Notes under the pieces: generated by a model
What the model was told of the DNA's origin: nothing
The model's input: only the letters and a program-made list of their open reading frames with translations
The model's database searches: none
Part shown: piece by piece, positions 9,911-17,774 of the stretch
Position numbering within the stretch: position 1 is the first letter of the stretch
Layout of the letters: every line of letters begins with the position of its first letter
Translations under genes and position numbers: made by a program
DNA from: Octopus sinensis
Lineage: Eukaryota
Assembly (NCBI RefSeq): GCF_006345805.1
Contig: NW_021824988.1
Location: forward strand, 1 to 17,774
Length of the DNA stretch: 17,774 bases
Direction of reading: 5' to 3'

Positions 9911-10521
9911 GAAGACAAATAGTTGTCCATGCATACTAGCCCTCCCTCCCCATACCACCGATGTTATCCAAGGGAAAGGCAAAGGCCAATACAGCTTGGC
10001 ACCAGTGACATCACCACTCCTTTTGACAGCTGAGTGAACTGGAACAATGTGAAATAAAGTGTCTTGCTCAAGAACACAATACAGAGCCTGGTCTGGGAAT
10101 CAAACTCACTACCTCATGATTGCAAGCCCAACGCTCTAACCACTGAGCCATGCACCTTCACAACATGAAATAAAGTGTCTTGCTCAAGAACACAACATAC
10201 ATACAGCCCAGACCGGGAATCAAACTCACTACCTCATGATTGCAAGCCCAACGCTCTAACCACAGAGCCATGCACCTTCACAACATGAAATAAAGTGTCT
10301 TGCTCAAGAACACAACATGCATACAGCCCAGACCGGGAATCAAACTCACTACCTCATGATTGCAATCCCAACGCTCTAACCACAGAGCCATGCACCTTCA
10401 CAACATGAAATAAAGTGTCTTGCTCAAGAACACAACATACATACAGCCCAGTCCGGGAATCGAACTCGCTACCTCATGATTGCGAACCTGACTCTCATAC
10501 TGCTGAACCACGTGCCTTCAC
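9911..10521 (-). mobile_element. Family 2 tRNA-derived SINE (9911-10160) followed by three further 120-bp head units in tandem
   Basis: Unit boundaries at 10161, 10281, 10401 (exact period 120). Minus strand has A box TGGCTCAGTGG and B box GAGTT(C/T)GATTCC, then TGTGTTCTTGAGCAAGACACTT. Confidence 0.9.
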
Positions 10522-10964
10522 TAAGTGCAAGCAAGAACAGGAACCCTACAGCATTTGAGAAGAGGTGAAAACATCAGGTACTGGAGGATGGTACGGCCAG
10601 TTGCAGCCTCAACCCCATATGTGGTCAGCTGGTCTTCCTCATATCCTAAAATGTTGGCTTAATTATACCAGCTCTGTTATCCCAGTATTTCTTCATGAAC
10701 CCAATTCTTAATCTTTTTTTTATTTACTCATATATATTACTTATTCTATTTTCTCTCTTCTTTTACTCTCTTTTCTCACCTCTCTTACTGCTACTCCTGC
10801 TGCTGCTAAAAATTCTACTGCTGCTGCTGCCGTTGCCCCCTGGAATAACTACAGACGCTTGCTGTTAAGGTGAATACTTTATATTTCTATATACGTGTAT
10901 GCCTTGTATTTCTTTATTATAACCCACGTACATCATTTGAAATCCTATGTTACCCTCCTTCGTA

Positions 10965-11090
10965 AACTTACGCGTACATTCATACAAATACACAAACATA
11001 CATAAACACATACATACGCATGCACACACACACACACACAGAGGCATGTACACACACACACACATACACGCATGCACACATGTATATGAG
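10965..11090. repeat. (CA)n/(TACA)n microsatellite
   Basis: Directly visible. Confidence 0.9.
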
Positions 11091-11397
11091 AAAAGCATAA
11101 ATAATTTGTGCATTGCAGACTTACTGCTGTTTCTGATATACATTCTGGGTGCTGTCATTATTCAGTTTATGCAATCAGTTGATTGACTGATTGAAAATGG
11201 TGAACAACCATTAAAAATGCTATCATCTTCAGAGTCCAGTTCATGAACACAAAAATAAACACATATAGATGTTAATGCATATACATCCGCACATACGTTT
11301 CTACATTTTGGTTGACCATCAAAAACAGACGGAAGTTGTCCTTTCTCTGAACAGTAAGATATGGAACCCTCAAACTCTATTGTAAGTGGTGCATTTA

Positions 11398-11727
11398 TAA
11401 TAATAATGATAATAATAATAATGAAATTATTGTATACAGTGCTCAGGTGCACCACAACTTGTCGAAAGTGCATATAAAGCATATGTAGTAATGTACAAAT
11501 GTCTGGGAAGTGAACAGTGTATGAGTTAGATACATGCTTGCGTGTGTATGGACGGGAGAAAATCAGGTGTAGTGTTGGCAAATCTCAGAAAGCATGGAAG
11601 TTTTGAAGGATGCAGTGCTCCGACAACTAATAACTGATGCTGGCAGTTTGTTCCATGCTTCAGCAACACTTAGTGTGAAAAAATGTTTCCGAAAGTCATG
11701 GGAGCTGTGCTGTTTTCTGACTTTGAC
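11398..11727 (-). mobile_element. CR1/L2-type LINE 3' fragment with (TTA)n tail
   Basis: Minus strand DFRKHFFTLSVAEAWNKLPASVISCRSTASFKTSM matches the CR1-group ORF2 terminal motif R..FFS.RV...WN.LP..VV......FK; tail at 11398-11423. Confidence 0.85.
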
Positions 11728-11932
11728 AGTGGTAGTGTTAATGATGGTTGATGAGCAGTAATGATGGTTAGTATGAGTACATGAGTACATGGGTTCTTGT
11801 ACTCTTCTGCTGTTTCATGGTTCTGCCATCTCCCCTTCCATCTTACCCCCCCCCTCCAACACAGTTGCCAATAACTGATATGATGATATGACCAGTAACA
11901 AATACACACTATCAGTCTGATCGGATGTTGCA

Positions 11933-12331
11933 GTGTGGTAAGTAGCTTGCTTACCAGCCACATGGTTCTGGGTTCAATTCCACTGCATGGCACCTTGGGA
12001 ATGTATTTTCTACTATAGCCTCGGGCTGACCAAAGCCTTGTGAATAGATTTGGTAGATGGAAACTGAAAGGAGCCCATCGTATATAAGCGTGTGTCTGTG
12101 TATATATTTGTGTGAGTGTGTTTGTGTGTATGTTTGTCCCTACCATGATCACTTGACAACAGATGTTGGTATGTTTATGTCCGCGTAACTTAGCAGTTTG
12201 GCAGAAGAGACCGATAGACTAAGCATCAGGTTTACAAAGAATTACTCCAGGGGTGGATTTCTTTGACTAAAAGGGGGTGCTCCAGCATGGCCACAGTAAA
12301 ATAACTAAAACAAGTAAAAGAATAAAAGAAT
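11933..12331 (+). mobile_element. Family 1 SINE inserted in the RTE relic
   Basis: TGTGGTAAGTAGCTTGCTTACC ... AAGTAAAAGAATAAAAGAAT; the RTE motif RIL|CNI is split at this point. Confidence 0.9.
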
Positions 12332-12639
12332 AACAGAATTCTCAATAAATGATAGCACCACTTTGGTCCGTCAGCAATGTGTGAGATGGTGAGATGGTGG
12401 TATACCACTCCAAAGGACAGTCAGCTTGGAGGTAGCATTATCATGTTCACAAGCCACTGCAGTTGGCAATGGATGAACATCACCTCCATACATTTGTAGT
12501 TGATCACTTGGTCTTTGCTAGCATTTCAAGGTGTCGCGTGGTTACATCAGGTAATTCCCAGAATGCATTGGAGGCAGCTCATATAGAAACCCTCCAAGAA
12601 TATAATGTGATAACTGTAAACAACCTAAGTTCCATATAT

Positions 12640-13077
12640 ACTCTTTTACTCTTTTACTCTTTTACTTATTCCAGTCATTTGACTGTGGCCATGCTGGGGC
12701 ACTGCCTTTAGTCAAGCAAATCGACCCTAGGACTTATTCTTTGTAAGCCTTGTACTTATTCTATCGGTCTCTTTTGCTGAACTGCTAAGTTACGGGGACG
12801 TAAACACACCAGTATCGGTTGTCAAGCGATGTTGGGGGAGGGACAAACACAAATACACAAACATACACACACTCACACACATACATATATATATATATAT
12901 ACACATATATACGACAGGCTTCTTTCAGTTTCCGTCTACCAAATCCACTCACAAGGCTTTGTGGTTTGCCCGAGGCTATAGTAAAAGACATTTACCCAAG
13001 GTGCCACGCAGTGTGACTGAACCCGGACCAATGTGGTTTGTTAGCAAGCTACTTACCACACAGCAACTCCTGCGCCT
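12640..13077 (-). mobile_element. Family 1 SINE, full length, inserted in the RTE relic
   Basis: (ACTCTTTT)n tail to CTCCTGCGCCT head; the RTE motif TTLL|Y..ETW is split at this point. Confidence 0.9.
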
Positions 13078-13295
13078 ATATGCAAAAAAAAAAACAACAA
13101 AAAAACAAGGTGGTATTACATACTATTTGATGTATGATAACTCTTGTGAAGGAATGAAGAAGATTCTGGCTCTGAAAGATGCTGCACTGAGGTGTCACAG
13201 ATGCATTTCAGTGCTTCTCTTCAATGCAGTCCTGGTTGTCATTATCAATGCTGCCATCATCAGAGATAATGCTCTCCACATAACAACTCATAAAT

Positions 13296-13459
13296 ATATA
13301 TATATATATGTAAATTAGCGTACATCTACATAAATATCCATACATAGTCATACGCACACAATCATACACACACACAACATATATATAACATATATGTATA
13401 TATACATATATAAATATATACATACATGCATATATATATATATATATATACATATATAC

Positions 13460-13501
<42 letters not shown>

Positions 13502-13567
13502 TACATTATATATATATATATATATATATAATGTGTATATATATATATATATATACACATTATATAT

Positions 13568-13602
<35 letters not shown>

Positions 13603-14080
13603 ATATATGTATATATATATATATATGTATATATATGTGTGTATGTATATATATATATTATATACATACACACATATATATACATATATATATAATATAT
13701 ATATATATACACATATATATATATATATAATATATATATAATGTGTATATATATATATATATATACACATTATATATATATACATATATATAATGTGTGT
13801 ATATATATATATATATATATACATATATATACATACATATATATATACATACATATATATATATATATATACGCACATACATAATTCTATGCAAGCTACA
13901 TTCTTTGGTAAGTGCTCTTTTTTTTCTCTTTCTGTATACACCTATATCTTTGTATACATATATATATATAATATATACATGCAAAGACACGCACATACAT
14001 ATACACACATACATGAATATACATATATACATGTATAATTATATACATATACACAATATACATATGTATGTGTGTATATA
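13296..14080. repeat. TA-dominated compound microsatellite of about 790 bp
   Basis: Directly visible; explains the ORFs at 13208-14138. Confidence 0.95.
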
Positions 14081-14137
14081 TATTAGGTTGTCCCAAAAGT
14101 TCGTAAACACTTGCGAAAATTGAATTTTTACTCGCCA
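14081..14137 (+). mobile_element. Solitary mariner-like terminal inverted repeat
   Basis: TA|TTAGGTTGTCCCAAAAGTTCGTAAACAC resembles mariner TIRs (TTAGGTTGG.GCAAAAGT); no partner end found in the window. Confidence 0.45.
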
Positions 14138-14351
14138 AGTACTAACAAAAACATGGTCATATATGTCATCTCCAGTAGAAGCACCAAAGAATTGGTAGAG
14201 AGAGAGAGCAGCTGTGTTTTTCTCATATCCTTTTGCTAATGATTGATTTGGTACGAGGGAGACAAATAGATAACTTTACTTCTTAAAAATCTCAGAACTT
14301 CTGGCCCTGTTTTCTAATCCTGATAGAAGACAGTTGAATAATTGTTATCTT

Positions 14352-14405
14352 TTAACCCTTTTGTAACCATATTTCTGTTGAAATGCATTATCGTCAATTC
14401 AGTAC
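14352..14405 (+). mobile_element. Possible piggyBac-type MITE end
   Basis: TTAA|CCCTTTTGTAACC terminus signature only; no second end seen. Confidence 0.3.
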
Positions 14406-14479
14406 AATTTGAAAATACTGGAAAAAAAAACAAAATCTATCAAAGCAGCTTAGGCATTATTATCCTTATGTTCAAATCA

Positions 14480-15082
14480 ATGAGTGCTGCAATCATTATT
14501 GTGACAAACAAACTGCTTAATAGCATTCTGTCTGTTTTTATAATCAGAGTTCAAATTCCATTGAGGTTGACTTTGTCTTTCGTCCCCTGAGGGTTGATAA
14601 AATAACGGATCTTTTCGGTTTGAACGACAGTTTTTTCTTGCGGTGTCATATGAAATTGTCACCCATAATTATGACCCTAGTATTGATCTATTGCATTTCA
14701 ATCTGTTTTAGGGTTAGGGTTAGTTAGGGTTAGAGTTAGAGGTGGGGGGAAGGGTATCTTTTTTTCTTCACAAATGTAAATAAACCCAATCTGTTTCTTA
14801 AACGAGGGACATATTCATACGGCACAGAATGTTGTTTACCTCAATGGACGTCAGTGATTGGTTGAAAGTGCAGAAATTGAAGAAATAAACAATAAATATC
14901 TTACAAACTATAGAATTTTCTCAATAAAGCCAAGAGAAAAAGATGTTTTATAAACACATTCTACCAGTATACGAAGTTAAAATTTTTTTAGTTACCTAGA
15001 AATTATGTTAAAAACTGCCGTTCAAACCAAAAAGATCCAAAATAACTACCAGTCAAGTACTTCGGTTGATCTAATCAACTTA
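14480..15082 (+). mobile_element. Family 3 tRNA-derived SINE, decayed, interrupted by the MITE at 14607-15038
   Basis: B-box-like GAGTTCAAATTCC at 14547. Removing the MITE and one TSD copy restores GTTGATAAAATAAC-TACCAGTCAAGTACT..GGTTGATCTAATCAAC. Confidence 0.65.
14607..15038. mobile_element. Complete 432-bp MITE with 28-bp TIRs and 8-bp TSD; Merlin- or hAT-like
   Basis: TIRs GGATCTTTTCGGTTTGAACGACAGTTTT (14607-14634) and AAAACTGCCGTTCAAACCAAAAAGATCC (15011-15038) match 26/28. TSD AAAATAAC at 14599-14606 and 15039-15046. Confidence 0.9.
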
Positions 15083-15095
15083 TTTCTTGTTGTAA

Positions 15096-15332
15096 AGATT
15101 GTTTGCCAACATAACACGGCAGTCCTGGTTTAGGACTAATGTTGCTGTAATTTAGCCCCAGGAGACATCGTCTCCAGCTGGCTATACGACACGATCTGTG
15201 TCCTTATATTTTCAAAGAATATTAGGACACAAATCGTGTCGTATAGTCAGCTGGAGATGATGTCTCCTGGGGCTAAATTACAGCAACATTAGTCCTAAAC
15301 CAGAACTGACATGTTATGTTGGCAAACAACCT
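15096..15332. mobile_element. 237-bp fold-back (palindromic) MITE; TTAA-type target and RR..YY termini suggest Kolobok-like
   Basis: Arms of about 115 bp are reverse complements with roughly 8 mismatches and a loop of about 7 nt at 15211-15217. Flanks are GTAA (15092-15095) and TTAA (15333-15336). Confidence 0.85.
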
Positions 15333-15452
15333 TTAATACAAGGTACTGTTGCTGAATATCTCACGTTGTGAGATTTTAAAATGGTAATTTTCTAACTTAT
15401 TTCTTATCTCAAAAACTACTGATCATATGCCAAAATTTCAAACCATTTGTGT

Positions 15453-15557
15453 TTAACCCATTAGCATTTAATCTCCTATCCAGCCAGAATATCCTACTTG
15501 ATTGATGCTCAAACCAGCCGGTTCCAGCCTATCAAACTTACCCTTCAATGTTGTTCA
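15453..15557 (+). mobile_element. Possible piggyBac-type MITE left end, interrupted by a SINE head
   Basis: TTAA|CCCATTAGCATTT start; family recalled as a common octopus TTAA-CCC MITE; no right end found. Confidence 0.4.
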
Positions 15558-15558
15558 A

Positions 15559-15660
15559 GTGCAGCATGGTTGTGTGGTAAGAAACTTGCTTCCCAACCAC
15601 ATGGTACTGGGTTCAGCCCCACCTCATAACCCCTTGGGCCAGTGTCTTTTGCTATAGCCA
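15559..15660 (+). mobile_element. Family 1-like SINE head fragment
   Basis: TGGTTGTGTGGTAAGAAACTTGCTTCCCAACCACATGGTACTGGGTTCAG...CCTTGGGCCAGTGTCTTTTGCTATAGCC. Confidence 0.8.
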
Positions 15661-15679
15661 GATGGTTTTTATATTTCAT

Positions 15680-16000
15680 GTCCTCTCCAGTTTTGTGCAG
15701 GCCATGGGCTGCATGTAAGAAAATCGTGGGTAGCCCAATTGTCAGGATTCCTCTCTCGACCTTGCTGACATAGTCCAAAGAAGGGCAGAGTATTACGTTT
15801 GGCACCAGCTTGGTTGCAGGAGGTGTAGGAAGAGTGTTGAGTTGAACACTAAACCGCCTACGGGGCTCGACTTTGGATTTCTTTGAAGATTGTCTCCTTC
15901 CGTAACCCTGGATAGGGTCCCATATTGGGAGCTGTCAGCCTGACCCAGCTGAACTCGGGACTCATGTCAAGCAGGGTTGTCACTCCCTGAAGTAGTGAAG
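15680..16000 (-). mobile_element. GC-rich block, possible RTE-type 5' UTR relic
   Basis: Minus strand CTCCTGCAACCAAGCTGGTGCCAAACGTA resembles RTE 5' UTRs as recalled; no independent confirmation in the window. Confidence 0.35.
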
Positions 16001-16010
16001 AAAATCGCAC

Positions 16011-16078
16011 AGGGGTCGTTATATTCGACTTACTTTTGCCCCCAAATTTTGGGCCTTGTGCCTATAGTAGAAAAGATT
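16011..16078 (+). mobile_element. Family 3 SINE 3' fragment
   Basis: GGGGTCGTTATATTCGACTTA overlaps in homology with 15060-15082, then continues CCCCCAAATTTTGGGCCTTGTGCCTATAGTAGAAAAG. Confidence 0.5.
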
Positions 16079-16218
16079 CTTATAGCTCTTGTTGGCATTC
16101 GAAAGAGTCGGAATATTCCAAGATTCCAAAGAAAAAACACAATGTATATACATTATGCATGTGTGTGTCTGTCTGTATTTATATACATGCAGACATATAT
16201 AATATATAATGTATATAT

Positions 16219-16642
16219 AGGCGCAGAAGTGTCTGTGTGGTAAGTAGCTTGCTTACCAAACACATGGCTCTGGGTTCAGTCCCACTGCGTGGCACCTTGG
16301 GCAAGTGTCTTCTACTATAGCCTCTGACCAACCAAAGCCTTGTGAGTGGATTTGGCATACGGAAACTGAAAGAAGCCTGTCATATATATGTATATATATG
16401 TATATATATATATATGTATATGTGTATGTATGCGTGTGTATGTGTTTGTGTGTCTGTGTTTGTCCCCCCAACATCGCTTGGTGTGTTTACGCCCCCATAA
16501 CTTAGCGGTTCAGCAAAAGAGACCAATAGAATAAGTACTAGGCTTACAAAGAATAAGTCCTGGAGTCGATTTGCTCAACTAAAGGCGGTGCTCCAGCATG
16601 GCAGCAGTCAAATGACTGAAAGAAGTACAAGAGTAAAAGAGT
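16219..16642 (+). mobile_element. Family 1 SINE, full length
   Basis: AGGCGCAG head to AAGAGTAAAAGAGT tail; GTATATA on both sides may be a TSD. Confidence 0.9.
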
Positions 16643-16679
16643 ATATAGTCATATACATGCATGTGTGCATATAGATGTA

Positions 16680-16770
16680 ATTAGTGTGTGTGTATGTGTG
16701 TGTGTGTATGTGTGTGAGTGCGTATGTGTGTGTTTGTGAGTGTGTGTGTGTGTGTGTGTATGTGTGTGGT
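16680..16770. repeat. (TG)n microsatellite
   Basis: Directly visible. Confidence 0.95.
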
Positions 16771-16879
16771 GATGCTGGTGTACTTCCATTATGCTACTAA
16801 AAGTTGTCACTGGTCAGTATACGGTTTGAAACCATGACATTTGCATCATTAGTATGTTACACTATCTAATCAACTTGAT

Positions 16880-17091
16880 TATAATAATAATAATAATAAT
16901 AATAATGTGTACAGTGCTCAGGTGCACTACAACTCATCTAAAGTGTATATATAATCAGGTGTAGTTTCGACGGATTTCGGGAAGCATGAGGGCCTTAAAG
17001 GATGCAGTGTCATGGCAGTCAACCACTGATGCAGGCAGTTTATTCCACGCTTCAGCAACCCTGAGCGTGAAAAAATGTTTCCGAAAGTCAT
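16880..17091 (-). mobile_element. CR1/L2-type LINE 3' fragment with (TTA)n tail, second copy
   Basis: Minus strand DFRKHFFTLRVAEAWNKLPASVVDCHDTASFKALMLPEIRRNYT*; homologous to 11398-11727. Confidence 0.85.
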
Positions 17092-17462
17092 ACTTGAATA
17101 TATCTTTGTATGTTTGTGAGTCTGTCAAAGATAAAAAAGCACTTAATTATTTGACATATATTTCCAATAATTTTAACTGTGCCAAATTCCTGATTAATCT
17201 ATTGATCAGATTTTAGATGTGAGAAATCCTTGATTAAATTAAAGTCACATTATAAACCAAATCAAAATAGCAACAACTCTTTGATGGTATTTATCTAAAT
17301 TAGCTTTTAATGATACTGAATCTCTTAGTGACATTGTTTTAGTAAATAGATGTTCCTTCTCTGCCTCTTCTCTGCTTCTTGTGCCATTATTTATCATTTG
17401 ATATGTTTTTTAGTCTCTGATTTCCATACGAACCAGACTGTATATGAATATAGGTTATGTTA

Positions 17463-17722
17463 TGGTGCGTGGCTTAGAGGTTAGGGTGTCAGCACCATGA
17501 TCGTAAGATTGAGGTTTCGATTCCTGGACCAGGCGATGCGTCGTGTTCTTGAGCAAAACACTTAATTTCACGTTGCTCCAGCTCACTCAGCTGGCAAAAA
17601 TGAGTAACACTGCGATCGACTGGCGTCCCGTCCAGCTGGGGAACACATACGCCAGAAAAACAAAGAAACCGAGCCCATGAGTCTGGCTAGGCTTTAAAAG
17701 GGCGCAAGAAGAAGAAGAAGAA
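17463..17722 (+). mobile_element. tRNA-derived SINE related to family 2 in head and central domain, with a different 3' half and a (GAA)n tail
   Basis: TGGCTTAGAGG (A-box-like), GTTTCGATTCC (B-box-like), GTGTTCTTGAGCAAAACACTT...TTCACGTTGCTCCAG.CACTCAGCTG shared with 9911-10160, then a divergent 3' part. Confidence 0.8.
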
Positions 17723-17774
17723 TGTATGAATGTATGTATGTAATGTAATGTGATCACGTGATCACGTGACCGAC

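Larger units (their letters stand above)
11300..13292 (-). mobile_element. Decayed RTE-clade LINE (post-RT C-terminal region and 3' end), split by three insertions
   Basis: Minus-strand pieces in the expected order: [21 protein letters not shown]...IFQSQNL...VCNTTL (13107-13292); ET*VVYSYHIIFLEGFYMSCLQCILGIT*...QLQWLVNMIMLPPS*L...DGPK...RIL (12332-12639); CNI...WQLC (11728-11932); YKCTTYNRV*GFHI (about 11340-11397). These match RTE consensus motifs YLGSIIS.DG, ETW, FH.RCL..ILGI.W, QLRW.GH, GGPK and C..C.R.C.SRIGL. Confidence 0.8.

Noticed and set aside
11297-11376. Minus-strand candidate exon FEGSISYCSEKGQLPSVFDGQPKCRN
   Set aside because: Better explained as the RTE C-terminus and 3' UTR read in another frame.
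12500-12550. Plus-strand 51-nt exon LITWSLLAFQGVAWLHQ resembling kinase subdomain VIa, with good splice sites
   Set aside because: It lies entirely antisense within the RTE relic, which explains the sequence; the similarity is probably chance.
383-17216. All ORFs in the supplied track, including the 124-160 aa ones
   Set aside because: They are YI/HT/CV-type translations of microsatellites or read-through of SINEs and LINE relics; none resembles a cellular protein.
17723-17774. Start of another repeat (TGATCACG direct repeat)
   Set aside because: Cut by the window edge; too little sequence to classify.

Overview
Eukaryotic, AT-rich, repeat-saturated non-coding DNA (intronic or intergenic). 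The repeat families look like those of an octopus genome, but that is recognition from memory, not a database result. No intact protein-coding gene is supported: the supplied ORFs are translations of microsatellites, SINEs or decayed LINEs. Contents: about 10 copies or fragments of one tRNA/CORE-like SINE with an internal microsatellite, three other SINE-like families, a decayed RTE LINE (11.3-13.3 kb) split by three younger insertions, two CR1-like 3' ends, a Penelope-like relic, three complete non-autonomous DNA elements (Tigger-like with TA TSD, a 432-bp element with 8-bp TSD and internal TTAGGG repeats, a 237-bp fold-back), a 1.1-kb tandem duplication that may be an assembly artefact, and a 4 x 120-bp array of SINE heads. 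The most interesting signal is three degenerate type-I hammerhead ribozyme motifs in tandem at 165-173 nt spacing (1271-1700), a retrozyme-like layout. Further hammerhead-like relics occur at 3068-3105 and 6492-6528/7602-7638.
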